Below, piece after piece: positions 31,818 to 42,376 of a stretch of 64,000 bases of DNA. This stretch comes from Planctomycetota bacterium (GTDB lineage Bacteria > Planctomycetota > JAJSAM01 > JAJVHW01): contig CBDFJG010000003.1 of the NCBI GenBank assembly GCA_965248445.1, forward strand, positions 160,001 through 224,000, given 5' to 3'. The stretch's first letter is position 1. Each line of letters starts with the position of its first letter. The position numbers and the translations under genes were made by a program. The notes under the pieces are model-generated. The model worked only from the letters and a program-made list of their open reading frames with translations. It was not told the origin of the DNA and did no database searches.

Positions 31818-31837
31818 CGTCGTCCGGCCGGACGACG
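31818..31837. repeat. Perfect 20-bp palindrome abutting the IS66 right end
   Basis: CGTCGTCCGG-CCGGACGACG. Confidence 0.8.
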
Positions 31838-31888
31838 AGAGGTCAGACGCCCGCCGCCGGCGTCACGCACGTCACGAGATACGCCGCG

Positions 31889-34800
31889 TCAGCGTTCCCA
31901 GTCGGCCACGCGGAGCTTCTCCGCGCCGGGGCCGGTCGTCGGCGCGTTCTCGCTGACGAGGACGATCGAGGGTGTGGCGTTGCCGGCGAGGTCTTCGATC
32001 AGGTGGATGTCGTCGCACTGCCCCGTGTCGGTCGCCAGCGGCGTCAGAAACTCGAACTGCGCATCCAGATCGATCGTACCGGCGGTACCGACGAGCAAGC
32101 GCAGTGCGCGCAGGGACGTCGCGCCGTTCGTCGGTGCCGTGCGCGCACCGACCAGGATGTCGAGGACACCGTCTCCGGTGACGTCTCCCACCGTCAACGC
32201 GTCGCTGCGCAGATTCTCGTTCCCTGCCACCGGCGTCGTCGGGAGGACCGCGAGGGAGACGTTCGTGAAACCCGACCCACCGTTCCCCGGGTCGCCGTCG
32301 TTCCGCAGGACGCGCAGCGCGCTCCGCTGGAAGCCCGGCGCTGCCCCTTGATAGGCGTCGAGCGAGAGCGCGTGCAGCAGGACGAGATCGGGATCGTCGT
32401 CGCCGTCGAGATCCGCGAAGGCGAGGCGGTCCGCGTGGAAGAACTCGGGTGCTGTGCCGGTCGGCAACCAGGACGACGTCTCGTCGGTGAAGACGCCTGC
32501 GCCATCGTTGATGAGTATGCGGGTCGCGATGCGCGCCGAGTCGGTGCCGTCGAGCCCCTTTGGCGTGACCTCCGTCGGGTCGTCGAACGTCATGACGACG
32601 TCGAGGTCGTCGTCCCCGTCCAGGTCCACCAAGGCCACGTCGCGCGCGACCAATGCGGGCGACGGCGTCGCATCGGCGCTCGTGCCGGCGGATGGGAACG
32701 CCGCGTCGGTAACGTCCACAAAGCCATCGCCCTGGTCGATGCGGTTCTCGAGGACCCGCGTCGCCGGCGAGTAGTGCGTCTGGTTGACGACGTTCGCCGC
32801 TGCATCCGTGGAGGAGATGTACGGAGGCGTCTCGCCAAAGTCCACGGCCGACGGGTCGATCCTCACGAACTGCGACAGGTGGCGGTCCCGCCCGAGGATC
32901 ACGTCGAGATCCCCGTCGTCGTCGATGTCGCCGAGCGCCATCGCTGTGGGCAGGCCATCGACTGTTTGCGCATCGAGCACCCGTTGCTCGATCTCGAACT
33001 CGTCCTCCGCAACCACCGCTGCGAGATAGAGGGAAGCGGGCGCGTCGTCCTCCTCGAGTGAGAAGACGCCGTCTCCGTCGTTCGTGAAGAACCTGAACTC
33101 CGACACGTCCTCGGTGTCCGGGGACGGCCCGGCGATCAGGAGGTCGCCGCCGTTCAGATCGTCCACGTCGCCCAGCGCAACGCACGTTGCGGACCAGTCG
33201 TCCAGCCCCGTCGTGTCCGTGCCGGCGTCAGGGATCGCATCGCCCGTCTCGTCGGTCCACGCGCCCGCGCCGTCGCCGAAGAGCACCCTCAGGCGCTCGC
33301 TGCGCGTGCCCGGAGACGTCGTGTGCGAGACGAGCGCCAGGTCGTCGTCGTCTCCGTCTCCGTCGAGATCTCCGACCACCGCCCGCAGGGCACCGAGGTC
33401 GTCCGTCGCGGTGCGACCAGGTGTACGGGCCGCGGTCGCGTCGTCTGCGCCCGCGTAGCGCAGCGCGCCGGTCGCCGTGGTGGACTGCCCGAGCGCGTCC
33501 GTGACGACGACGTCCTGGAGGCCCGGCGCTCCCGCGGGCGCCGAGACCTGCAGCTCCGTGCTCCCGGCGACGCCGACCGCCGCGTTGGTGCCGCCGATGG
33601 TGACCGAGTCGAGTTCGTGCAGAGAGCTGCCGAGGATCCGAATCGTGGTCGAACCGTGGCGGCTGACCTCCGTCGCGCTGAGCGCCGGGCCGATGCGAGC
33701 GTCCACGGTGTCGATCACTCCCACCGCCTTGATCCGCAGCGGCGGCGCCTGGCCTCGCACCCCATATCGGTCTTCGATGACGAGGTCGTACTCACCGTCG
33801 GGGAGAGCCGGTGGCGTGAAGCTGAGGAGGTTCTCCGTTCCGAACAGGAACGGGACCGCCTGTCCGTCGAAGAGCAGCACGTCGTCCAACGAGAATGCCT
33901 GGCCGGAGACGATGACGTCGCGCGAGCCGTCCGTCGGAGCCACCGGCGGCGCGTACGGCGCGGCCCCGAACTGCGGCGGGACCTTGTACTCGTAGTCGAA
34001 CGGCGAGAAGCCCTCCTGCCGGAACGAGTCGACGACGAGGATCTGCACGAGACCCGGGTCGCCGGGAGGCGCCGTCACTTCGAGCAGAGTCGGGGACAGG
34101 ATCAGCGGGATCACGGCGGCGTTCTGTTCGCCGAAGCGCACCAGGTGTCCGGTCTCGAAGTGATCGCCCGTGAGACGGAGACGGCGGCCGCCCGCGGTGC
34201 TGCCGCCCCGTACGGAAGTGCCAGCGAGGTCGGTGAGGTCGGTCACCTCCGCCGGGATCACGTACTCGAAGTGGTCCTCGCTGACGGAGCCTTGTCCGTC
34301 GGGGTTGACCACGGACACCGACACGAGTCCGAGGGCCAGGGGGGCCGGCGCCGTGACCTCGAGGAACCCGCCTGTCGGGTCGACCAGCGGGTCGAGCCCG
34401 CGCCGGCTTCCGAAGAACACCGCCGGCCGCTCGATGGGCGAGAAGTTCCAGCCGTCGAGCCGCATCCGCGTCCCCTCGATACCACGCAACGGGCCGTTCT
34501 GGGGGAGCGGCAGATGCGGTTCGACCTTCGACAGTTCGCGCGGCTTCCTGCTGCTCGCCCGCTGCGGTGGACGCACGCTCAGCGTCAGGTCGTACGCGCC
34601 CGAGTCCCCGTCGCTCCCAACAGTCCGTTCGTACTTCCCATTGCCCTGGTCGAGCAGCAGTTTCGAGAGGCGCGCCTTGCGGCGCCGGACGGTCACCTCG
34701 TCCGCGAACGGGCTGCCTGACGGTCCCGTCACGTCGCCGTCCGGACCTCGGAGCGAGAGCGGCAATCCCGTGGCGCCGCCGCGTGCACTCTTCACGATGA

Positions 34801-35311
34801 CGCTCAGAGTCGCGCCGTCGACAGCGTCGAACGAGTGCATGAGCGCATCCGGGAAGGCGCCGCCGAACTCGTTTCCCCGCGACTTCGTCTTGCCGGGCGA
34901 ACGGATCGAGAATGAGATCGTGTACGGACCCTCGGAGTCGCGCAGTCCCGAGACGCGCACCGCCCACAAGCCAGTCTTGTCGACAGTGAACCGCCGCAGC
35001 TTCACCTTCTTCTGGAGCGGACCCGATGGGAGTCCCGCTTCGACTGAACGGTCTTGCCCGTCCGGGTCGACCAGCGAGAGGAGTGGCGACAAGCCCGACT
35101 GGAAGTTCGCCTTGACCGTCGCCTTGAGCGACTCCCCCGCGAAGAGCGCGACCACGTAGTCGTCCGTGTCGTCGCCCTGTGGCCCGTCCGCGATGTGAGT
35201 CTTGTACCGGTTGCGTCCGATCGGTGGGCCGACGGCGTCGGCGCCGTGGGCGACGTCCGCCAACGGCAGTGCGGCCGCGGTCAGGGCCAGGGATCGGTGG
35301 CGTGTCGTCAT
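31889..35311 (-). CDS. Secreted protein: two PPC-like domains, four IPT/TIG domains, FG-GAP/VCBS propeller (paralog B)
   Basis: Signal-like MTTRHRSLALTAAALP; IPT motifs (VSVSVVNPDGQ); repeated GDxDGDGDxD; ends DWER. Confidence 0.82.
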   Translation of the reverse strand: MTTRHRSLALTAAALPLADVAHGADAVGPPIGRNRYKTHIADGPQGDDTDDYVVALFAGESLKATVKANFQSGLSPLLSLVDPDGQDRSVEAGLPSGPLQKKVKLRRFTVDKTGLWAVRVSGLRDSEGPYTISFSIRSPGKTKSRGNEFGGAFPDALMHSFDAVDGATLSVIVKSARGGATGLPLSLRGPDGDVTGPSGSPFADEVTVRRRKARLSKLLLDQGNGKYERTVGSDGDSGAYDLTLSVRPPQRASSRKPRELSKVEPHLPLPQNGPLRGIEGTRMRLDGWNFSPIERPAVFFGSRRGLDPLVDPTGGFLEVTAPAPLALGLVSVSVVNPDGQGSVSEDHFEYVIPAEVTDLTDLAGTSVRGGSTAGGRRLRLTGDHFETGHLVRFGEQNAAVIPLILSPTLLEVTAPPGDPGLVQILVVDSFRQEGFSPFDYEYKVPPQFGAAPYAPPVAPTDGSRDVIVSGQAFSLDDVLLFDGQAVPFLFGTENLLSFTPPALPDGEYDLVIEDRYGVRGQAPPLRIKAVGVIDTVDARIGPALSATEVSRHGSTTIRILGSSLHELDSVTIGGTNAAVGVAGSTELQVSAPAGAPGLQDVVVTDALGQSTTATGALRYAGADDATAARTPGRTATDDLGALRAVVGDLDGDGDDDDLALVSHTTSPGTRSERLRVLFGDGAGAWTDETGDAIPDAGTDTTGLDDWSATCVALGDVDDLNGGDLLIAGPSPDTEDVSEFRFFTNDGDGVFSLEEDDAPASLYLAAVVAEDEFEIEQRVLDAQTVDGLPTAMALGDIDDDGDLDVILGRDRHLSQFVRIDPSAVDFGETPPYISSTDAAANVVNQTHYSPATRVLENRIDQGDGFVDVTDAAFPSAGTSADATPSPALVARDVALVDLDGDDDLDVVMTFDDPTEVTPKGLDGTDSARIATRILINDGAGVFTDETSSWLPTGTAPEFFHADRLAFADLDGDDDPDLVLLHALSLDAYQGAAPGFQRSALRVLRNDGDPGNGGSGFTNVSLAVLPTTPVAGNENLRSDALTVGDVTGDGVLDILVGARTAPTNGATSLRALRLLVGTAGTIDLDAQFEFLTPLATDTGQCDDIHLIEDLAGNATPSIVLVSENAPTTGPGAEKLRVADWER

Positions 35312-35487
35312 GCGTAGGTTGGGGGATACATCGGTCCGGCGCCGTGCAACGACCCTCCCGCCGTCCCCAACCGCAGGCGGACCGGACGTGCGGTCGAATC
35401 GACCGGAGGCCGGGTCCACGGCGAGTGAATCATCCGTCGCGTGGCGCTGTCTTACCGTAGGACCGGGTGCGCGCCCCGTCAAGGCGC

Positions 35488-38400
35488 CTACCTCACCCAG
35501 TCGAAGAGCCTGAAGAACTCCGAGTTCAGACTGGTCGCAGGCTGGTCCTCGCCTATCAGCAGGATCGACGGGACGCCGTCTCCGTCGATGTCTCCGACCG
35601 CCAGGGCGTGGACCCTCTCCCGTGTCGGCGTCGGTGCCGAACACGTAGTCCTCCTGCAGCGAGAAGGCGATCCCGGCCGCGCCCCACAGGATGCGCGTCG
35701 AGTTGACCGTGCCGCCCGCGTCCGCCAGCGCCTCGTCGGTGCCGACGATCAGGTCCGGATTCCCGTCGAGATCGATGTCGGTGACCGCGATCGCGCGGCC
35801 ACGGAAAACGCCCGCGGATCCGCCCGGGACCGCGGGCAGCGCGGAGGTGGTGACGTCGACGAACGCGGTGCCGGTGTTCTCCAAGATTCGCAGCGAGGAG
35901 CGCGAGTAGGACGCAGCCTGGGCCTTCCACTCGTTCAGGGCACGGCGATGGATGAGGATCACGTCGAGGTCCAGGTCGCCGTCCAGGTCGTGCAGCACGA
36001 CCTTGTGCGCCTGCCAGAATTCGACTCCCGCTCCCGCGGGCATCCACGTCGCCGTCCCGTCGGTGAACGTGCCGGTACCGTCGTTGATGAGCACGCGCGT
36101 GGCGACGACGGGCTGCGCATCCACGGCGTACACGTAGTTGTACGTTCCGTACGTGTACCGGCGGTAGTAGCCGTACGACGTCGCGGCGGAGATGGGCAGA
36201 ACCTGCGCGGGGTTGTTGTAGGTCAGCACGACGTCGAGGTCGGTGTCGTTGTCGACGTCTCCGAGCGCCAGGCTGCGCGCCGGGAAGGCCGGCAGCGGCA
36301 CCGCCTGCCCGACGATCCCGACGGACGGGACGGCGGTGGCCGTCACGTCCAGGAAGCCTCCGGACGTGTCGATGTCGTTGTCGAACACGCGCGTGCCCGA
36401 GTAGTAGCGGCCCTCTTGCGCGACGACGAGTTCGCTGGTGTGGATGTAGTACGGATAGGGGGACTTCGGACGGACCGGCCCCGGCTCGAAGAACGCGTAG
36501 CGATACCCGAAGCCCGCCCAGCCGGCCACGACATCGTTGTCGCCGTCGCCGTCCACGTCACCCACCGCGATCGTCGAGATGCTCGACGGCATGGTTCCCG
36601 CCTCGGTGATGTTGTGGATCGTGCTCTCGTCCGGGTCCTCGTCGTCGCCCGGCACCGTGTAGTTCTCGTCGACTGCGACGATCAGTGGCAGCGAGAACTG
36701 CGGCGGGCTCCAGGCCTCCTGCAACGAGAACGAACCGCCTCCGGAGTTCCGCATCATGAGGACTTCGGGATAGGCGCCGCGCAGGTCGCCGTTGCCGTTC
36801 GACCCGCCGAGTATCAGGTCCACGCCGTTGCTGCCATCGACGTCGCCGAGAGCTACGGCGCGCGCATTCCAATCGCCGAACGTCGTGGAGTCTGTTCCCG
36901 CGTCCGGGATGTTCGAGTCGGTGCGGTCCTGCAAGACGCCGCCCGCACCGGAGATGAACACGCGCGTGTACTCGGTGCGGCTGCCGATCGGGTTGTCGAA
37001 CACGTCGTGCCAGTTCAATCCGTCGTAGAAATACCCGGGATAGGCGCGCGAGTTCCGGTTGTACGTGACGATCACCACGTCGTCCTCGCGGCCGTCCACG
37101 TCGAGGTCGCCCACCGCCAGGTCCCAGGCGGAGAAGTCGTCGACTGGACTGCCCGCGGGCACGACGGTGGTCGTGCCGTTGTCGAAGCCGACACGGCGAA
37201 CGACGCCCGGGACGATCTGCACACGTCCGAACTCGTCGGTGTGCTGCAGATCGGCGAGCCCGGCCTGGCCGGGAGGAACGGTGACGCGGTAGCTGGTCGC
37301 GGTCGCGTTGTTGCGCGTGACGGGTACGCCGCCGACGGTGGCCGTGTCGATCGGCAGGAAGTTCCGCCCCGTCACCTCGAGGACGTTGCCGCCGAGGCGC
37401 GTGATCTCGTTGCCGTTGATCACCGGGCCGCTGACGATCGCGACGTCGTCGATGACCGCCTCAGCCACGTAGATGATGTAGTCCGTGTGGAACGCCGACT
37501 GATTGTCGGGGTTGACCACGATGAGATCCTGCAGCGCTCCGTCGTCGCCGGGCGGAACGACCACGTCGATCGTGCTGCGGTCACCGCCGACGCGGAGCAC
37601 CTCGGCTTCGAAGGGCCCGAAGAAGACCGTCGGCACCGGGTTGATCGAGAAGTTGCGCCCGGTGATCGTGATCGGCTGGCCCGCTGCGCTGCGAACGGGC
37701 GACGAGACGCTGTCGAGATGCGGGTCGTTCACGGCAGTGATGTTGTCCACGCCACTCGCGCGGGCCGGGGGCTGCAGCTTGATCGCGACGCTGTACCGCG
37801 CGCTGCCATTCGGGATCCCGAGCGTCAGGTCGTAGTTGCCGTCGCCCGCATCGAGCAGGTGTTCGTTCAGACGCGCGGTCGACTTCTTGAGCGTGATCGC
37901 CGCGTCGTCCTCGCCGAAGATGCCGCTCACGACTCCGGCGGGGCCGCTCAGGTCCTCGAGTTGGACGGGCGTGTCCTTCTTGCGCCACTTGAGAAGTAGA
38001 TTCACCCGCGTGCGGTCCATCGCGCCGAACGAGTGCGTCTCCTGATCCGGGGTGCCCGCGAGATCGCGCTTCTTGAGCTTGATCGTCGGAGGCGCCTTGA
38101 CCTTGAACTTCGCGCTGTACGCGCCCTCGGTGCGGCCGATCGGGATGAGGCGGACGGTCCAGGGGCCCAGTTCGTCCACGGTGAACCACTTGAGAGTGAC
38201 CTTCTTGCCACCCTTCTTCGACTTGATGTTGGCGTCGTCCGTGCGGTCGTCGCCGGACGGATCGATGATCGCAACCTCGAGCAGGACGTCCGAGTCCTTG
38301 GCCTGCTTGACCTTGGCCTGGAACCGCTCGCCGGGGACGAGCTCCGCCACGAATTCGTCCACGTCCTCGCGGTCCGTGAGCGACTGGATCTCGGACGTGA

Positions 38401-38518
38401 TGGTGTTGTTCCCGAACTCGGGACCGAAGCCTCGCTCGCCGGCTCTGGCCGGGGCGATCAGCGTCGCAACGCCGAGCACCGCGGCGAGTAGGGAGACAGA
38501 CAGTCGAGCGCAATTCAT
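35488..38518 (-). CDS. Secreted protein: two PPC-like domains, two IPT/TIG domains, FG-GAP propeller (paralog A); +1 frameshift at about 35614
   Basis: Signal peptide MNCARL...ARA with RBS; removing one G after DTGE restores VHALAVGDIDGDG...FRLFDWVR-stop, matching the paralog C-termini. Confidence 0.8.
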
Positions 38519-38704
38519 CGCGTGTACATCTCCCTGACGCCGCCAGGGGCGTTCACGACCGGACTGACTGGCGAGACGGGCCGACCCTGCGGAGCCGGCG
38601 CTGAATGAGCGTCCACCGCGAATATAGCCTCCGGAGCCATCAGGGTGAGAGGAGGACCCGGCCACGGGTCGATCCGGGCACCCGGCCCGCTCGGGACGCC
38701 GGAT

Positions 38705-38752
38705 TCTGGCTACTCGGATCTCTGGCTACTCGGATCCCTGTCTACTCCGAGC
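38705..38752. repeat. 16-bp tandem repeat: two perfect copies and one degenerate
   Basis: TCTGGCTACTCGGATC twice at 38705-38736; third copy matches 12/16 and overlaps the paralog C stop. Confidence 0.8.
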
Positions 38753-41700
38753 GGTCCGAGATCCGGAGCGCGTCCCCGGTCGCCCCGTTGGCCGGCCCCC
38801 GCTCGGTCAGCACGTAGAGGGACAGGCCGCCGTCTCCGTCCGGGTCCCCCAGGAGCAGGTCATTGGCCTCGCCGCTGTCGACCGAGACCGGGGGCAGGAA
38901 CTGGTCCGCCCGCCGGAACACCAGCGCTCCGTCTCCCAGCAGGAGGCGGGTGGAACGTAGACGCTCCCCGGGGCCCGTGCCGTCGAAGATCGCCGACGTC
39001 GTGCCGACCAGGATGTCCAGGTTCCCGTCCCCGTCCACGTCCTCGACGGTGAGCGCGTCGCCGCGCAGGTCGTCGGAACTACTGGTCCCGGAGAACGACG
39101 GTAGCGACGTCGCCGTCACGTCGACGAACCCGGTGGGACTGCCGTCGTTGCGCAGCACGCGGAGCGCGTGCCTCGTCGTGGACGAGGTCCCCAGGTGCGC
39201 CTCGAGATTGCGGTCGAGCGTCATCACGAGATCGAGGTCGAAGTCGCCGTCCAGGTCGTGCAGGACCAGGCGGCTCGCGTGCCACCACTCTGGGCTCAGC
39301 CCCGGCGGCAACCAGCTCGACGTCACGTCCGTGAACGCGCCGCTCCCGTCGTTGGTGAGCACCCGCGTCGCCACGCGCGCCGGATCGTTGCCGGAGTACA
39401 GACCGAACGCCGAGACCGACAGCGGGTTGTCCCAGGTGAGCACCATGTCGAGATCGCCGTCGCGGTCCACGTCTCCGAGCTTCAGGTCGCGCGCGTGCAT
39501 CGCGGGCACGACGGCGGTGACGCTGTCTCCCACCGCGGGCATGCTCGACGCCGTCGCATCGCCCCATCCGCCGCCGTTGTCGAGATCGTTGATGAACACC
39601 TTCGTCGCGGAGTAGTAGTAGACGTTGTACGAGAGGCTGTTGTTGGCGTTCGCAGACGTGACGTACGGCGGAGTTTGCGTGAAGTCGACGTTGACGGGGT
39701 CCACGTAGGCGTATGTCGCGTCGTACCAGTCGCGGGCGACCACCAGGTCCAGGTCGCCGTCATCGTCCAGGTCTCCGAGGTCCATCGCGGTCGGCATTCC
39801 GTGCACGTACAGCGGCGAGAAGACGAGGTGCCGCGTCGCATTCTCGTCCGTGGCGTACACGGCCGCGTAGTAGCCGGTCGGCAGCACGTCCGTCGTCTCG
39901 AGCGTCAGGTGGCCGTCGCCCGAGTTCGTGAAGATGCGAACGTCGTTGTAGTACGTGTAGTCGGGCGAGACCCCGCCCACGAGCACGTCGGGACCGCCTG
40001 TGTCGTCTACGTCGCCCACCGCCAGGCAGTTACCGTTCCAGTTGTCGGTCCCGGACGGATCCGTGTTCGCGAACGGAACGTGCGTGGCCGTGCGGTCCGC
40101 CAAAATTCCGTCGGCGTCGCCCAGGAACAACCGCGTGTAGACCGAGCGCAGTCCCGGCGAGTTGGACACACCCGAACCCGGCGTGCGGAAGCCGCGATAG
40201 ACGTTGTTGCGCTCGACGCTGTACGAGGTGATGACCAGGTCGTCGGCGTCCCCGTCTCCGTCGAGGTCGCCCAGCGCGCCCCGCCAGCCGCTCAGATCAT
40301 CGACCACGCCGCCGAGCGGTGCGCGCGAGCCGCTGACGTCCCCGAACCCGAAGCGGCGCAGTGCGTCCGCGAGCAGGTCTCCGCGTGCGATTTCGTCCAC
40401 GACCTCGATATCCAGCAGGCCTAGCGTGCCGGGCGGCGAGAGGAACCGGAACGAGTCGAAGTCACGGTCGGTCACCGCGACCTCGACGCCACCCACGGTC
40501 ACCGTGTCCTGAGAGTGGAAGTCGCTCCCCGCCACCTCGACGAGTGCACCACCGTTCAGCGGAACGCCATCCGTGCCGGAGTACGAACCGCCGGCGAACG
40601 AGATCGAGCCGATGGAGGGGGCGCCCTTGACGACGAACTCCGTCGCTGGGGAGAGCGTGCGGAGGCGATCCTCCAGTTCGATCGAGTAGCCGCCACGCGG
40701 GAGCGATGGGACGTCGAACGTGAACGTGCCCGGATCGAGCAGCGTTCGCGCCGTTGCCTGTCCGTCGAAGTAGAACACGTCGGAGTCCAGGAAGCCTGAG
40801 CCGGTGACGGTGACCGTGATCGGCGTCGAGGGATCACCGAACGAGGGCGCGTAGGGCTGCGCGTCGAAGAGCGGCGGCGCCTTGTACTCGAACGTCCCCG
40901 GAGCGGTGCTCGCGCGATCGAAGGCATCCACGACCCGGATGGAGACGAAGCCAGGGGCCTGCGCCGGCGAGCGCACCGTCAACTCGGTCGTGCCCGTAGC
41001 TCCGAGGACGGTGCCCTCGAACACGCCGAAGAAGACCTGCTGCGCGATCCCCAGCTCCTCGCCCGTCACGATGAAGTTCTGTCCGCCGAGTGTGCTGCCG
41101 CCCACCGCCGGATCGCGATCGAGGTGCAGGATGCCGGTCGCGACGGGTGGCCGCGAGAACTGGAAGTACCCGTTGCGCGAGACCGCCTGGCCGTCCGGGT
41201 TGATCAGCGTGACGCGGACGACACCGGCGCCCGTGGCCGGCGCCCGGACGTCGATCTGCGCCCCTCCGGGCGCCACCTGCACGTCAGTGCCCGGGAAGTC
41301 TCCGAACAGGACCTGCGGCGCCTCATCCTCGGAGAAGTCGGCACCCGTGAAGCGAACCGCCTCGCCGCGGACTCCGCGGATGGGTCCGGACACCGGATCC
41401 AGCCACGGCTCGGTGGCAGAGAGCGTAATGGTCTTGCGCGAGGACGCCCGGTCGAGCGGTCGAATGCGCGCGCTCAGCGTGTACGTGGACTGTCCCCCGA
41501 CGATGGACACGCCGGCCGCATACAGTCCGTCGCCGCCGGCCAGCGTGGCCGACGCGAGCCGCGTGCGGCGCTTCTTCGTCACGGCCTCGTCGGCTGCATC
41601 CCCGGAGTCTCCAGCGACCGGATCGCCCGCCGGGTCGTCCAGCCGGGTCAGCGCGACCGCGGAGTCCCGCTTGGCCCACCGAATGTCCAGGCGGATGTCG

Positions 41701-42227
41701 GACGGATCCACGGCGTCGAGCAGATGCTGCCCCGTGAGTGGATCCGCGCCGCCGAGGTGCCCCGGAATCTGGATGTCCGGAGCCGGGCGGACCTTGAAGC
41801 GCAGCTTGTAGGCACCCTCGCTGAGATCGCGGCCGATCAGGCGCACCGTCCAGCGGCCGGTCTGGTCCACGGAGAACTGTCGGAGCGCGACCTTGCGGCT
41901 GTTGCGCGTCGTCTTCAGCTCCGGCTGCACGACGGTGTCGTCCGGGCGCAGCAGTACCAGCCCCGGCTTGAGGTCGGTCTTACGCCCGGCGACCACGATG
42001 ACCGTGAGCTGCTCACCCTTCGCGAGCGCGCCGACGTAGTCGTCGAGGTCGGGCACGCCGTCCCGACCCTGGATCGACGAGGAGTACCGGGTGTTCCCGA
42101 TTGGGGGTCCGTACTCGGCGGTGCCTGCGGGTGCCGGGACGCTCCAGCACAGAGCGACGAGGGCCCAGCACAACACCGTGTTGAGACGCGCAACTGCGAA
42201 ACGGGCAGCGATCGGGCGATGCCTCAC
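38742..42227 (-). CDS. Secreted protein: two PPC-like domains, four IPT/TIG domains, FG-GAP propeller (paralog C)
   Basis: Collinear with paralog B (GPPIGN..Y, DDYV, FxVDxTGxW, NPDGQ, GDLDGDGDADD); start approximate. Confidence 0.82.
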   Translation of the reverse strand: MRHRPIAARFAVARLNTVLCWALVALCWSVPAPAGTAEYGPPIGNTRYSSSIQGRDGVPDLDDYVGALAKGEQLTVIVVAGRKTDLKPGLVLLRPDDTVVQPELKTTRNSRKVALRQFSVDQTGRWTVRLIGRDLSEGAYKLRFKVRPAPDIQIPGHLGGADPLTGQHLLDAVDPSDIRLDIRWAKRDSAVALTRLDDPAGDPVAGDSGDAADEAVTKKRRTRLASATLAGGDGLYAAGVSIVGGQSTYTLSARIRPLDRASSRKTITLSATEPWLDPVSGPIRGVRGEAVRFTGADFSEDEAPQVLFGDFPGTDVQVAPGGAQIDVRAPATGAGVVRVTLINPDGQAVSRNGYFQFSRPPVATGILHLDRDPAVGGSTLGGQNFIVTGEELGIAQQVFFGVFEGTVLGATGTTELTVRSPAQAPGFVSIRVVDAFDRASTAPGTFEYKAPPLFDAQPYAPSFGDPSTPITVTVTGSGFLDSDVFYFDGQATARTLLDPGTFTFDVPSLPRGGYSIELEDRLRTLSPATEFVVKGAPSIGSISFAGGSYSGTDGVPLNGGALVEVAGSDFHSQDTVTVGGVEVAVTDRDFDSFRFLSPPGTLGLLDIEVVDEIARGDLLADALRRFGFGDVSGSRAPLGGVVDDLSGWRGALGDLDGDGDADDLVITSYSVERNNVYRGFRTPGSGVSNSPGLRSVYTRLFLGDADGILADRTATHVPFANTDPSGTDNWNGNCLAVGDVDDTGGPDVLVGGVSPDYTYYNDVRIFTNSGDGHLTLETTDVLPTGYYAAVYATDENATRHLVFSPLYVHGMPTAMDLGDLDDDGDLDLVVARDWYDATYAYVDPVNVDFTQTPPYVTSANANNSLSYNVYYYSATKVFINDLDNGGGWGDATASSMPAVGDSVTAVVPAMHARDLKLGDVDRDGDLDMVLTWDNPLSVSAFGLYSGNDPARVATRVLTNDGSGAFTDVTSSWLPPGLSPEWWHASRLVLHDLDGDFDLDLVMTLDRNLEAHLGTSSTTRHALRVLRNDGSPTGFVDVTATSLPSFSGTSSSDDLRGDALTVEDVDGDGNLDILVGTTSAIFDGTGPGERLRSTRLLLGDGALVFRRADQFLPPVSVDSGEANDLLLGDPDGDGGLSLYVLTERGPANGATGDALRISDRSE

Positions 42228-42376
42228 GCTGTCATACCTCCGCGGCCTCAGGACGGCCCACAATCGCTTCCCAGTCCTCGACCAGCGTAAGCACGGTGTG
42301 CAGCGCGGTCAAGGGGGCCGGTCCCGACCGTCCGGCCTCGTGGCGTGCCTGCCGCACGCGGTGTACGGTGCCGCAG

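Noticed and set aside
31889..38665. Single 2258-aa giant protein
   Set aside because: Better explained as two paralogs joined by a 1-bp insertion; each has its own signal peptide and matching C-terminus
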